Source: a virus (Duplodnaviria; Heunggongvirae; Uroviricota; Caudoviricetes). From it: a stretch of 64,000 nt of DNA. Positions 1-11,300 of the stretch are shown in pieces; positions within the stretch are counted from its first letter, which is position 1; each line of letters begins with the position of its first letter. The notes below the pieces were generated by a model that was given only the letters and a program-made list of their open reading frames with translations, was not told where the DNA came from and ran no database searches. The DNA lies in IMG/VR virus record IMGVR_UViG_3300049482_000044, positions 1 to 64,000 of that record. The stretch is one strand, 5' to 3'. The translations under genes were made by a program, and so were the position numbers.

Positions 1-76
1 TATAAAAATAGAGGATCTAAGCCTCGGAAATACTCTTTTAACCTTCACGTCGGCAACTACTGGTGCTAGTATCAAT

Positions 77-907
77 ATGCCCCATGGCGCTGCGCCAACA
101 TCGCCTGTGAACGGTGATGTCTGGACTACTACTACAGGTGTTTTCGTCCGTATCAGTACGGCGACCAAAACGCTGGCGACACTAGAAGATGCCCAGACAT
201 TCACTGCTACCAAGACATTCGGGGCGGCGGCATCGTTAGTCCTTGGTGCTGGAAGTACCGCAGTGGCACCCGCCAAGTTTACCTCGGGAACAAGCCTCAC
301 GTCTGTTCAGGGTGGGGCCGTGGAATACGATGGAACTGTTTTATATTTAACCCCTAACTCTAGTGCTACTGCTGGTAGGGCCATTGTGCCTGCGGCATAC
401 TTTTTAGTATCTGGTGCCGATCTTACACTATCAAACGCCACAGGCGTACAGTCATTATTCGCAGCGGCTAACGACACCATCACACTTGCTGCGTCAACTA
501 CATATTTCTTTGAAACAGAATTCCACATCACAGGAACTGGAACGACCAGCCATACACTCAACTTTGCCCTGGGTGGAACCATAACGACTCACAACGTACA
601 GTATCAATCGCACGTTGACCAGAATGCTACAGGATCTGGAACACCGACAAACACCGCTACCTATGGGGTCTATATCGCCACGGCGGCTTCTACCGCTATT
701 ACTGCTGCTACTGCTACAGCGATCTATCGCTCGGTAAGAATAACAGGAACTATCCGCGTCAACTCTAGTGGTACATTCATCCCACAGATAGCATACTCCG
801 CTGCCCCTGGTGTTGCTCCTGTCGTAAAAACGGGGGCCTGGTTGAGGCTAACACCTATCGGCGCTGCTGCTGCGGCTACTGCTAATGTCGTCGGAGCATG
901 GGCTTAA
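77..907 (+). CDS. Thr/Ala/Gly-rich structural protein, tail-fibre-like
   Basis: 276-aa ORF with low-complexity T/A/G/S-rich beta-type composition typical of phage fibre or receptor-binding proteins; no catalytic motif. Confidence 0.35.
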   Translation: MPHGAAPTSPVNGDVWTTTTGVFVRISTATKTLATLEDAQTFTATKTFGAAASLVLGAGSTAVAPAKFTSGTSLTSVQGGAVEYDGTVLYLTPNSSATAGRAIVPAAYFLVSGADLTLSNATGVQSLFAAANDTITLAASTTYFFETEFHITGTGTTSHTLNFALGGTITTHNVQYQSHVDQNATGSGTPTNTATYGVYIATAASTAITAATATAIYRSVRITGTIRVNSSGTFIPQIAYSAAPGVAPVVKTGAWLRLTPIGAAAAATANVVGAWA

Positions 908-964
908 TACATAGGTTGACAAGTAGTGTTACACTAAGATCTTGTATAGAAGGAATATAACCAT

Positions 965-1369
965 ATGTTCAATAAGAAGAAGTTAAGCAAAACTACTACA
1001 TATATATATAACAAGCGACTTGACGCTCCAAATGGTCTGAGTTTTCAGGTAGACGATCAGTATTTTTTGGTTAAGTCTGGCACCGCGATGCGCTTTTTCT
1101 CAAAGCGTGTGTTCCAGTCTTGGGGATTAATTCCTGTTGTTGTATCTGCTGGATCTATAGCCCACCTAAAATCGGCGGGCGTGATTGGTTTCAGAGACGG
1201 TAGTTTGGTAAAGAACTTCGTTGATGGTAAAATGTATCTAGTATCAGACAACAAACGGCGTCTTATCAAAGACCCTGATCTGGTAACACTCTTTGGACAA
1301 GAAGTTATTACCGCTTCTGAAGCAGAGATAAAATTGCACGATGAAGGAGAACCGCTAGATGCAGTTTAA
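965..1369 (+). CDS. hypothetical protein
   Basis: 134-aa ORF, co-directional and tightly packed with its neighbours. Confidence 0.4.
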   Translation: MFNKKKLSKTTTYIYNKRLDAPNGLSFQVDDQYFLVKSGTAMRFFSKRVFQSWGLIPVVVSAGSIAHLKSAGVIGFRDGSLVKNFVDGKMYLVSDNKRRLIKDPDLVTLFGQEVITASEAEIKLHDEGEPLDAV

Positions 1370-1778
1370 TCCACTGCCACTGATCACTGACGACTATGTC
1401 GACACTGAGGTTATCAATGACCTCATTAATAACGACAAGTATCTCAAAGAGACCATCCCGAACATGGGGTTCATCGCCCAGGACACTACGCAGTACCAAA
1501 CTGAAAATGGAAACAAACTGCGTATCATGTCGGGCGTCCTGGCGGTTAATGCTATCAAGGGCTCAGTGACCTTCGACCTAAAGTTCGGAGTACCAATTCA
1601 GCACGGGCCACCCGCGCTAATGCTAACCCCGTACCTTGGCTCTTCCGCTGGTTATGCACAGATCGTTAAGTGGCTGCCTAACTATTCAGGCGCGACGATC
1701 AAGATGGGTTACAATAACGGCACATCTAGCGCACCTCAGACCAGACTTTGCTGGACCTTGATCTACGTAGTATCTTAA
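1359..1778 (+). CDS. hypothetical protein
   Basis: 139-aa ORF overlapping the previous stop (ATGCAGTTTAA). Confidence 0.4.
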   Translation: MQFNPLPLITDDYVDTEVINDLINNDKYLKETIPNMGFIAQDTTQYQTENGNKLRIMSGVLAVNAIKGSVTFDLKFGVPIQHGPPALMLTPYLGSSAGYAQIVKWLPNYSGATIKMGYNNGTSSAPQTRLCWTLIYVVS

Positions 1779-2035
1779 TGTATTTCCCGCTGGCAAGATG
1801 GGTGGGCCGGAAGTCGAAAAGACTGAGCGGCTATGTGCTGGTGTTTGTTCCAGAGCATCCCAAGAACTTTGGCGGGTGGTACTATGAGCACAGGCTTGTG
1901 TATGAGCGTGACATCAAGCGCGTACTAGAAACGTGGGAAACCGTGCATCACATCAATCAGATAAAAACTGACAACCGCCTGTGCAATCTTTTTGTTTGCA
2001 CCGAGGCGGAACATCGCAAAGCACACCTGTGCTAG
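1748..2035 (+). CDS. HNH endonuclease (small)
   Basis: HHINQIKTDNRLCNLF...HRKAH resembles the HNH core (His-Asn-His with a C-terminal His). Confidence 0.45.
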   Translation: MLDLDLRSILMYFPLARWVGRKSKRLSGYVLVFVPEHPKNFGGWYYEHRLVYERDIKRVLETWETVHHINQIKTDNRLCNLFVCTEAEHRKAHLC

Positions 2036-2047
2036 ACTGGACGCCTT

Positions 2048-2860
2048 ATGACTGACATGAAGTGGTTGCTATCATCCGACCAGCAGATTCCCTACCACGA
2101 CCGCCGAACCATAGACCTTTATTTTCAGGTTATGAAGTGGTTCAAGCCACATGTGATCGACCTGGCTGGTGATCAGTCTGATCAGTTCTGTTTCTCTAGG
2201 TGGTCAGAGGGACGCCCTCAGGAATTTTTGGAGCAGTATAAGCGGGGTGAAATTGAAGATATTTTGACAGGCTCTAAGGCAGAGGAGCGACCTGTTGCTG
2301 AGTTTTATGAACAGCACAGGAAGATGGCAAAGAATGCAGAAATCTTCGTAGCCCTCGGAAACCACGACGTGCGGGCATTCGACTACTTTGAGAAAAAGAT
2401 CCCAGATTTGCTTGCTGAGGTTACCCCCGAAAGCCTATGGGGGCTAGACTCGCTAGGCATTGATTATATCTACTATAACGATAGACCCAAACATCGTTAT
2501 GGCGGAATGCATGTTCATCACGGCAACTCGATATCAAAGCACGGCGGGGAGTCCGTCAAGAATGATATGGATAACTTTGGCGTGTCCCTAATTCGTGGAC
2601 ATAGCCATAGACTCGCCCAGGTTGCACGTTCATATCCTCTTAGGAATGAGATCATTTACGGCTTTGAACTAGGACACATGATGGATATTCACCATGAGGG
2701 CGCTAGTTACGATAACGTTCATAACTGGCAGCAGGGCTTCGCTATAGGCCACATCGAGTCTGGTGGTTCTGGCCCTGATGGGTATAACGCTCATATTCAA
2801 CTTATTCAGGTTAGCAAGGACTACACCTGTTATGTTGAAGGGCGCAAATTTTCCGCCTGA
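2048..2860 (+). CDS. calcineurin-like metallophosphoesterase
   Basis: VALGNHDV (GNHD/E motif) plus downstream GHSH and further His motifs. Confidence 0.6.
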   Translation: MTDMKWLLSSDQQIPYHDRRTIDLYFQVMKWFKPHVIDLAGDQSDQFCFSRWSEGRPQEFLEQYKRGEIEDILTGSKAEERPVAEFYEQHRKMAKNAEIFVALGNHDVRAFDYFEKKIPDLLAEVTPESLWGLDSLGIDYIYYNDRPKHRYGGMHVHHGNSISKHGGESVKNDMDNFGVSLIRGHSHRLAQVARSYPLRNEIIYGFELGHMMDIHHEGASYDNVHNWQQGFAIGHIESGGSGPDGYNAHIQLIQVSKDYTCYVEGRKFSA

Positions 2861-2888
2861 CAGTTGTTCTGTATGGTACAATTAAGTC

Positions 2889-3422
2889 ATGGCTACATGT
2901 AGTGTTCAGGACTGTCATAGGTTGGTGTTCTGTCGAGAACTATGTCGTAGTCACTATCGCAGGCTTTCTTCTGGCAGCAACAAACCAATACGCGTAGCCA
3001 AATATGATCATCAGTGCTCTGTGTCTAGTTGCTCCGACGCTGCGAGGTTGCTGTCGATGTGTGATAAACATTATCGAGCATACATGAGGCATGGTGACCC
3101 AACTATAGTCAAGCGTAAAAACGGAAACGTTGTTGCCAATAAAGATGGATATATGGTCGTCGGATCAAAACACTCCAGCAACCCATACGGCCATAGAGTA
3201 TACGAGCATAAGTTAGTGATGGAAGCAATGCTAGGCAGAGAATTAGTTTACGGTGAAAATGTTCATCATAAAAACGGTATAAGATCCGACAATCGCCCAG
3301 AGAATTTAGAATTATGGTCAAAAAGTCAGCCTCCCGGCCAACGAGTCGAGGATAAGGTACAATGGGCCATAGAAATATTGGCGCTTTATGCGCCAGAAGT
3401 TTTAGTGTCTGAGGGGAGGTAA
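2889..3422 (+). CDS. HNH endonuclease
   Basis: Cys-rich N-terminus; HNH core NVHHKNGIRSDNRPENLELWSKSQ. Confidence 0.6.
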   Translation: MATCSVQDCHRLVFCRELCRSHYRRLSSGSNKPIRVAKYDHQCSVSSCSDAARLLSMCDKHYRAYMRHGDPTIVKRKNGNVVANKDGYMVVGSKHSSNPYGHRVYEHKLVMEAMLGRELVYGENVHHKNGIRSDNRPENLELWSKSQPPGQRVEDKVQWAIEILALYAPEVLVSEGR

Positions 3423-3425
3423 AAT

Positions 3426-3731
3426 ATGACAATGCAACTAGCAGTAGTAATCGTTTCGGTTCTTGTAGTGCTGGCCTCGTCCCTATTCAAGTTGGAGACG
3501 TTCAGCGCGACAGCAAAGCAGGTCATCGCAGCAGTAACGGCTCTCGTCGCTGGTGTGGTCACCGCCTGGTCAACAGGACAGTTCGATACAGCGACAGACG
3601 TAGCCCAGACATCTCTGGTGATCTACGGTCTTTCACAGGCTATCTATCAGTTCCTATTCGATCAAGGCAAGCCTCTTTCAGGGGTTAATACAGCCCTAGA
3701 GGCAGTAGGCGCACCCAAGGACGGGGGCTGA
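3426..3731 (+). CDS. small membrane protein
   Basis: 101 aa with two to three hydrophobic helices (VVIVSVLVVLASSLF; AAVTALVAGVVTAW). Confidence 0.4.
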   Translation: MTMQLAVVIVSVLVVLASSLFKLETFSATAKQVIAAVTALVAGVVTAWSTGQFDTATDVAQTSLVIYGLSQAIYQFLFDQGKPLSGVNTALEAVGAPKDGG

Positions 3732-3738
3732 ATATAAC

Positions 3739-4245
3739 ATGGACAGGCCAAAAAGAGACGTTCGGGCAGGTAAGCAGACTTATTTCTATCTCAACGGTGT
3801 CTTGTATAAGACCCTTAGAGCAGAAAAGCGAACTAACATGCTATACGCCAATGATTGCCGGGACCATAAGTTAACAGCCTTTATCCTCAGTGATGTTAGA
3901 GCACTAGGGCGAAAGACTTACAAGATATCTCAAGTAAGTAAGATGCTCGGGTGCTCTAACATCACTTTGCGTAGGTATGAGCGGGAGGGCAGGATTAAGC
4001 CTCCGCAACGCTGGAAACAGAATCTAGACGAAGCGGGGCTACGCTACTACAGCGAAGATCACGTCAGAGAGATACGTGAGGCAATGTCTGAGGTGTCACG
4101 CGGCAAGCCTCGTCGGGATGGTATAGTAGTCCCAAGAGAGCAACTCCCAAGCGCGGAGGAACTAGAAGCAATGTTTAGCGAAGAGGACATGATCTATGAA
4201 AAGGTTGACGGAGAGTTCGTCCCTATTTGGAAAGCAAAATTTTGA
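3739..4245 (+). CDS. MerR-family HTH DNA-binding protein
   Basis: KISQVSKMLGCSNITLRRYEREGRIKPPQR matches the MerR-type helix-turn-helix. Confidence 0.45.
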   Translation: MDRPKRDVRAGKQTYFYLNGVLYKTLRAEKRTNMLYANDCRDHKLTAFILSDVRALGRKTYKISQVSKMLGCSNITLRRYEREGRIKPPQRWKQNLDEAGLRYYSEDHVREIREAMSEVSRGKPRRDGIVVPREQLPSAEELEAMFSEEDMIYEKVDGEFVPIWKAKF

Positions 4246-4413
4246 CATCTAAGAAACAACCTGAACCTATCAGTGTTGATGTTGATTTTGCACTAGCCCG
4301 CGCAGCGTCTGTATTGGATGAAATAATGCAGATGGCAAGAGACATAAAAGACCCCACCTCTGCTCTAGAGGTGGTTAACGGATGGTTCACCCTCGCCGCC
4401 CTACTTGATGTAG

Positions 4414-4692
4414 ATGAGGACGAAAATACCGATGAGTCAGGTAAAAAGCACAAGACAGGATTCCACCATGAGTGATGTACGTATCCGGGTCTCGGCGGGG
4501 ATTACAAGGAACCTTGGCAACTTTGAGTCAGTACGCTATGATGTAGAGATAGAGGACTCGCAGCGCGAGGACGAGTCTGTTCACGATGCCACCCTCCGAA
4601 TTCGTCACAAAGTTGAGACGGAGTTGCAGGATGCTGTGAATGAACTAGAGGCAGAGATAGTAGCGACGAGGAAGAAAAATGGCAGCCGCTAA
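4414..4692 (+). CDS. hypothetical protein
   Basis: 92-aa ORF, acidic. Confidence 0.3.
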   Translation: MRTKIPMSQVKSTRQDSTMSDVRIRVSAGITRNLGNFESVRYDVEIEDSQREDESVHDATLRIRHKVETELQDAVNELEAEIVATRKKNGSR

Positions 4693-5005
4693 AGCAGACA
4701 CCAGGCCGTACGCCTTAATAGATCTGTACGCCCTCGTCTACACAACCAGGTTTCAAAAGAAACCATCTATAAACAAGTACCGTGATCGCTGGGGTTTCAT
4801 CGACATGATAGACTCCATAGGGTACGAGCGCTCAGTCGAGGTGGTGAAATACTTCGTCAGCCTTGATAGGGATAACTATCAACTCACCTGGCTATTCAAC
4901 AATTTTGATAGGCTTGACAGCATCTTGACTGAGCGGGATGAGGATCGGGCGCGACGAGAAAAAGTAAGACTAAAGACGCAGCAGCGAGTAGAGGAATCAT
5001 CTTGA
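4679..5005 (+). CDS. hypothetical protein
   Basis: 108-aa ORF. Confidence 0.3.
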   Translation: MAAAKADTRPYALIDLYALVYTTRFQKKPSINKYRDRWGFIDMIDSIGYERSVEVVKYFVSLDRDNYQLTWLFNNFDRLDSILTERDEDRARREKVRLKTQQRVEESS

Positions 5006-6216
5006 ACCTAGAAGCCCAAATAATTACATCGGTATGTGAAAAAAAGGATATCGGAGTTCTGTTTACGGAAAATGCCGACGGCCTATTCGTATCTCACGGA
5101 GACATCTGGGCCTCTATCAAGACATACTACTACAAGTATAAAGGCGTTCCAGATGTGGAACTGCTCGTAGAAAAGTACCCCGAGTTTGTTCCCGCCCCAT
5201 CCAAGGCGGCAACGGCGTACCTTGTTGATGAACTGAGGAACGAGTTTCTTTCCGCTAAGTTGCGAGACATGCTCCTCGGCGGTGGACAGGCTCTCAGTGG
5301 TCATGCACCAACTGCCGTCATTCACGCGATGCAAAAGGAACTGGCGGAACTAGAAAAATATACTACCGCAGTCCGAGATTTGGATATCACAGACTACAAG
5401 AAAGCAGAACTACACTATGAGCAAACTAAGGCTAAGGCTGACCTCATGGGAGGATCAGTTGGAATACCTACTGGTATCAAGGCTATTGATATGTCTTACC
5501 GCACTGGCCTCGCACCCGGCCATCTTGTTGTTGTTATCGGATGGCCCGGAAAAGGAAAGTCGTGGTGGACGGCATACCTCGCTGTAGCAGCATGGCGGGC
5601 GGGCTTCAAGCCTATGATTGTCAGTCTAGAGATGTCGCCAGAAACTATGCGCGACCGTATCTACACGGTAATGGGCCAGGGGGAGTTTCGCAACTCCGAC
5701 CTTGTGAGGGGTAATGTAAACCTGGATAGGTTCGATGCTTACGGCAGGAATAACTTTGAGGATAAGCCAGAGTTTATCGTCGTATCCAACCAGGGTTATG
5801 CCTCTGTAACGCCTAACCTTATTCAGGGCAAGATCGAGCAGCATAAGCCTGATCTGGTAATCGTTGACTATCACCAGTTGATTGACGACAATAGCAAGTC
5901 TGAGAACACAACTGTTCGTAACATGAATGTGTCTCGTGAACTTAAACTACTGGCTGTGAATAACGGTATTCCCGTCATTGACATCACGGCTGCAACTGCT
6001 CAGGAGCAGTCTGATCGCAAAGACCCGCCCATGTTGCATCACGTAGCCTGGTCAAAGGCTATCGAGTATGACGCTGACATGGCTATGGCCGTTCATAAAG
6101 ATTCTGACAGTGATATAATGGAAATTGTGTCGAGGAAGAATCGTCACGGCTCCGAGTTTGGCCTGTTTCTTAATTGGGATATTGACACCGGAGTCATAAC
6201 AGAAACATTCGAATGA
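5002..6216 (+). CDS. dnaB: DnaB-like replicative DNA helicase
   Basis: Walker A GWPGKGKSWW within a RecA-fold C-terminal domain (LVIVDYHQL Walker B); N-terminal DnaB-like region; TTG start in track. Confidence 0.75.
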   Translation: MNLEAQIITSVCEKKDIGVLFTENADGLFVSHGDIWASIKTYYYKYKGVPDVELLVEKYPEFVPAPSKAATAYLVDELRNEFLSAKLRDMLLGGGQALSGHAPTAVIHAMQKELAELEKYTTAVRDLDITDYKKAELHYEQTKAKADLMGGSVGIPTGIKAIDMSYRTGLAPGHLVVVIGWPGKGKSWWTAYLAVAAWRAGFKPMIVSLEMSPETMRDRIYTVMGQGEFRNSDLVRGNVNLDRFDAYGRNNFEDKPEFIVVSNQGYASVTPNLIQGKIEQHKPDLVIVDYHQLIDDNSKSENTTVRNMNVSRELKLLAVNNGIPVIDITAATAQEQSDRKDPPMLHHVAWSKAIEYDADMAMAVHKDSDSDIMEIVSRKNRHGSEFGLFLNWDIDTGVITETFE

Positions 6217-6491
6217 CCCATAAAGCCATCAAGCGTTTCCAGATAGACGGCCAGATTAGAGATGATAGCGACATCGCCAGGCTTCGTGAGCAGTATGTTA
6301 AACTGCTAGTGAACCAGATGCGCGATGAGGGCTATGTTCAGGTTCTTGACTTGACGCCAGCGTTTTCTATCGAGTACGATAAGACCAAGTCAACTTACAA
6401 GTTTTTGTTGACCATGCACGGCGTTTTCTATGGGAAGGTTAGGGCTAGAGAGTTATATGGGGTCGCTAATTCTAGGGAAGTCCCGGTCTAA
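6213..6491 (+). CDS. hypothetical protein
   Basis: 92-aa ORF overlapping the helicase stop. Confidence 0.3.
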   Translation: MTHKAIKRFQIDGQIRDDSDIARLREQYVKLLVNQMRDEGYVQVLDLTPAFSIEYDKTKSTYKFLLTMHGVFYGKVRARELYGVANSREVPV

Positions 6492-7515
6492 CTATTCGTA
6501 TCGCCAGGTCCGGGCGGTGTTGTCTGAGATAGGTATTCACATCGAGGGTGAGACCAGTAATGATTTCACCTGCCTGTGTCCGTATCACAGCAACCGAGAT
6601 ACTCCCGCCATGACGGTGAGCACAACCAAGGGTACGTTTTACTGTTTCTCTCCGCAATGCGGACAGACAGGCAACCTTCTGAAACTGGTATCTGACGTTG
6701 CGAGTATAAATGAGTTCGCAGCCCGAAGGCTGGTAGCAAAACATGCCGCTGCCACCGCAGAGGACTTTAGCGCTGACCTCAATAAGGCTATGACAGTTGA
6801 ACCTATGTTCAAGCCATTCGATACAGAATTGCTTAATGCTCTGCATGACAACCTAATGTCAACCGAGCACCCAGAGGGACGCGCCTACATGAACGGTCGG
6901 CGGTTCATGGACGAGACATTGGAACACTTCCGTATAGGATACTCCTGGAAGCGTAAGACGATAACCGTTCCAGTTACTTCGCCCGCTGGTATGGACGTTG
7001 GCTTCATCGGGCGCAGGATCGACGCCAAGATATTCGACAACTCCTGGAAACTACCCAAGAGTGATACTCTATTCAATATCAACGGAGCCAGAGCGCACTC
7101 CACGGCTTATGTTCACGAAGCCAGTTTTGATGCCATGCGAACATGGCAGGCTGGTTTTCCAGGTGCGGTGGCAATCGCTGGTGGTAACGTATCCGAGCGT
7201 CAGATCTATCTGTTGAACATGTATTTCAGTCGTATCGTCATCATGACAGATTTCGATGACAAGGAAAAGCATAGGATGCCCAACTGCCGTCGCTGTATGC
7301 CGCCCCGCTGCCTAGGACACAACCCTGGGCGGGATCTTGGCAACCGTATCGCTGAGCGCCTGAAGCATAAAGAAATACTGTGGGCAACGTATGAGCCAGG
7401 AGTAGTGTATCCTGGTGGAGCCAAGGACGTCGGTGATCTGACAGACGAGCAGATCAAGCAGTGCGTACAAAACGCAACACCTAACTTTATCTACCAGCAG
7501 TGGGATCTCTACTGA
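6430..7515 (+). CDS. dnaG: DNA primase (DnaG-like, CHC2 zinc finger plus TOPRIM)
   Basis: CLCPYHSNRDTPAMTVS...YCFSPQCGQTGN CHC2 zinc ribbon; downstream TOPRIM-like acidic motifs (IVIMTDFDDKEK); true start may be an internal ATG. Confidence 0.7.
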   Translation: MGRLGLESYMGSLILGKSRSNYSYRQVRAVLSEIGIHIEGETSNDFTCLCPYHSNRDTPAMTVSTTKGTFYCFSPQCGQTGNLLKLVSDVASINEFAARRLVAKHAAATAEDFSADLNKAMTVEPMFKPFDTELLNALHDNLMSTEHPEGRAYMNGRRFMDETLEHFRIGYSWKRKTITVPVTSPAGMDVGFIGRRIDAKIFDNSWKLPKSDTLFNINGARAHSTAYVHEASFDAMRTWQAGFPGAVAIAGGNVSERQIYLLNMYFSRIVIMTDFDDKEKHRMPNCRRCMPPRCLGHNPGRDLGNRIAERLKHKEILWATYEPGVVYPGGAKDVGDLTDEQIKQCVQNATPNFIYQQWDLY

Positions 7516-7578
7516 TTCGTGGTATAATGGTATACATAGCGGCCTAGAACAGTCGCAAAAACACATAGGAGAAAATAC

Positions 7579-8277
7579 ATGGGAATCATTCAAGGCCTCG
7601 CAGGTCTACAGAAACTATCACAGCCGTATGAGTCAGACGGCCCCAAGACGGTCTGGTTTAAGATCGCATCAGGACAGTCCGCACAGATCTATTTCTTGCA
7701 GGAACTGGACTCTTCATCACCTCGCTATTCAGAAAAGAATGGCCTAGGTCTCGCAGCACCGGAGCACTCGTCTCCCGCAAACTTCATGGTCAAGTGCCTC
7801 TGCTCAATGGGCGATGAGGATGCTTGCTATGGTTGTGAGCAGTACCGCGCTGACTACCCGAACCCCGACGTGCCCAAGGATAAGAAGTCACGTTGGCGTG
7901 CAAAGACCCGCCTCTACATCAACGTGCTCGTAAAGCCAGCCGATGGTACTGAGCCTTTCGTTGCCGTTCTTAGCCAGGGCTTCGGCCCTAAGGCTGTTGG
8001 AGACGATATCGTACAATTGGCTACGGCCAACGGCTCGATCACTGACCGCTCGTTCACGCTAAAGCGCGTAGGCGAGGGTCGAGACACTGACTGGACCCTG
8101 ACACCTTCCTTTAAGGAAGATGCCTCGTTTAATCCAGAGGATTACGAGGTCTACGACCTAGAGAAGGTTGCTGTTCGCAAGGTTCCTTACGCTGAGCAGA
8201 CTGAATTCTTCGCTGATCATACTCCTGTCGCGGCTGCTGCCGTACCGTCGTCTGCTTCCAACATCGAGTGGAACTGA
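7579..8277 (+). CDS. hypothetical protein (Cys cluster CLCSMGDEDACYGCEQY)
   Basis: 232-aa ORF between primase and polymerase; SD GGAGAAAATAC-ATG; upstream extended -10 TGGTATAAT at 7520-7528. Confidence 0.45.
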   Translation: MGIIQGLAGLQKLSQPYESDGPKTVWFKIASGQSAQIYFLQELDSSSPRYSEKNGLGLAAPEHSSPANFMVKCLCSMGDEDACYGCEQYRADYPNPDVPKDKKSRWRAKTRLYINVLVKPADGTEPFVAVLSQGFGPKAVGDDIVQLATANGSITDRSFTLKRVGEGRDTDWTLTPSFKEDASFNPEDYEVYDLEKVAVRKVPYAEQTEFFADHTPVAAAAVPSSASNIEWN

Positions 8278-8291
8278 CCGTATGCTAGGAT

Positions 8292-8317
8292 GGAGGGGCG
8301 GCTTCGGCTGCCCCTCC
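8292..8317 (+). terminator. UUCG-tetraloop GC hairpin after gene 7579..8277
   Basis: GGAGGGGCGGC-TTCG-GCTGCCCCTCC perfect stem immediately after the stop. Confidence 0.45.
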
Positions 8318-8336
8318 TACCTATTTAAGGAAACCC

Positions 8337-11300
8337 ATGACTTTTGTTCACCTTCATAATCATTCACAGTATTCGCTGCTCGACGGACTTAATTCGCCTA
8401 CTGAGTTGGTCGCAGCCGCAAAGGATTTCGGGCAGCCTGGAATCAGCATCACCGACCACGGAACGCTGTCGGGCCATAGAGAATTGCAGCGCGCAGCCAA
8501 GGCTGCTGGGCTAAAGCCAGTGCTAGGTATCGAAGCCTATATCTCACCAACTGACCGTTTCGACAAGCGCTCCGTAAAAAAGCGGGATGACGATACGAGT
8601 CTCTACAACCACATTATCTTGCTGGCTAAGAACCAGACAGGTGTACGAAACATTCACAAACTTTCTGAGACTGCCTGGACCGAGGGTTATTACTACAAGC
8701 CACGTATCGACGCAGAACTATTGTCTGAGCACCGCGACGGAATCATTGTTCTGTCGGGCTGCCTTAATGGTCTGATCGCCAAGGCAATCGAGCGGGAGGA
8801 TATGGACGAAGCCCATAGGCTAACCAAGTGGTTCAAGGACGAGTTTGATCAGGACTTCTATATAGAGGTCCAGGCTCACAATCCAGCCACGACGAATGGC
8901 CCGCTGCTCGAACTGGCGGACTACTATGGCGTCAGGCCTGTCGCTACCTCTGACTGTCACTACGCTAAAGAGGAGGACGGCTGGATAGAGGAGGCACTGC
9001 TGATTCTATCAACAAACCCCAAGGCTAATCCAGAAGCCGACCTTGCTTATTCAAAGACCATTAAGGATATCTATGAGCGCTTTAACTACCTTTACCCCGA
9101 CCGCAAGATGTCCTTCCAGAACTTCAATCTATACATTCAGTCCCGTACGAGCATTTCTGATGACTTTGCAAAGCAGGGCGTAACACGCACAGACATCTTT
9201 GACAACACGATTCACGTCCTCGATAGTATCGGTGACTACGAATATAAGGAAAACCTGGCCGTACTACCGAAGCCGAAAAAGGATGCCGCCGCAGAACTAC
9301 GTAGGCTATGCATAGAGGGTCTAAAGCGTCTAGGTCTAGACAATAACGCCAAGTACCTAAAGCGTCTGGAAATCGAACTAGACATTATTAGCAAGAAAGA
9401 TTTCTCGTCGTACTTCCTGATCGTGGCTGACATGGTTAACTGGACCAAGGGCGAGGGTATACTGGTAGGACCGGGTCGAGGATCGTCTGCTGGCTCCCTA
9501 GTTTGCTATGCTCTCGATATCACTACCGTTGACCCGATTAAGCGCGGGCTGCTGTTCGCTCGATTCATTAACGAAGAGCGCAACGACTTTCCCGACATTG
9601 ACGTTGACATTGAGGGACGCAGGCGTAACGAGGTCAAGGACTATATGGTCAAGAAGTATAAGAACGTTGCTTCCGTGTCCACGTACTCCTACTTTGCTGA
9701 CAAGGGTGTTATTCGTGACGCGGCCCGAGTGTACGGGATTGATATCTCTGAGGTAAACAAGGCTCTTAAGCCAGTAGGGTCATTCGAAGAATTCGAGACA
9801 TCTATTAACACCCGCTCGTTCCGTGAAAAGCATCCTGAGGTTCTGGACCTGGCTAAGCATCTGCGCGGTAGAATTCGTGGGGCTGGAATGCACGCGGGTG
9901 GACTGGTTGTAGCCAACAAGCCTATTAACCTTTACGCACCAATCGAGACGCGTTCGTCTACTTCTGATGACGGCACGCGCATTCCCGTGGTGGCTGCTGA
10001 CAAGAAAGAAATCGCGCTCATCGGCTTGATCAAGATCGACGCCCTCGGTGTCAATACTCTCAGCGTCATTGCAGATGCACTTAGCCTCATTAAGACACAT
10101 AAGAATGTAGATGTAAAACTGCTGGACCTGACGCTTGACGACCCTGCTGTATTCCGTATGATTTCGGCGGGGTTCACCAAGGGTGTATTCCAGGCTGAGG
10201 CAAATCCTTCTACCAATCTGCTAGTTAAGATGGGCTGTGAGAACTTCGATACGCTCGTGGCTAGCAACGCCCTCGTGCGTCCTGGTGCTATGAATACAGT
10301 TGGTGCCTCGTATGTTGCGAGAAAGCAGGGTCGTGAGCAAGTCAAGACCCCCCACCCCATCCTAGACGAGATAACAAAGGAAACATTCGGCGTTATCATT
10401 TACCAGGAGCAGGTCATGCTTGCCTGTACCGAATTGGCTGGGTTTAGTTGGTCTGAGGCTGACGAGATTCGTAGCATCATCGGTAAAAAGGAAGATCCTC
10501 ACAAGTTCGATGCATTCAAGCAGCGCTGGCTCGATGGAGCGAGCAAGAATATTTCGATGGAAGATGCTGAGCAGTTGTGGCACGACTTCGAGGCTCACGC
10601 TGGGTACTCGTTCAACAAGTCTCACGCCGACGCTTACTCAACTGTGTCCTACTGGACTGCCTGGTTGAAGTATTACTACCCCCAGGAATTCATGACGGCC
10701 CTGCTGATTAATGAGAATGAGTCGGCTAAGGTGACTTCCTACCTTATCGAGGCGAAGCGCCTGGGAATTCGTGTGCTGCTTCCCCACGTCAACATGTCTG
10801 GCATGACTTATCAGATGGAGGGCGATGCTATCCGCATCGGGCTCAGCAATATCAAATACATGTCCGATAAGACTGTGCCATCGCTGATGCGACACCGACC
10901 GTACGACTCATACGCCGCGCTCATGGAGGTCGCGGGAACGAAGGGGTCTGGCGTTACCAAGCGTCTCATCGACGCACTGGACGCAATCGGTGGGGCCGTG
11001 TTTGACGACAACCCACTGACTGGTAATGAGACGTCAAATTTCTACGAGTATCTGAATATTCCCAAGTTTGATACGTCTAAGATCCCGCTGCCAGTTATGC
11101 TTAACGTGCGTACTGCTGACGAGTATGAAGAGGAAGGAACGTTCGCTATCCTAGCCATGATTCAGAATGTTAAAAAGGGCAAGGGCTGGGCGCTGCTGGA
11201 CTTTGTTGATGAAACGGGTCAGGCTTCTGTATTTACGTCGGACAAGGCTGATATAGAAAAGGGTCAGATGTATCTGATGCTTGTATCCGATAATCGGGTT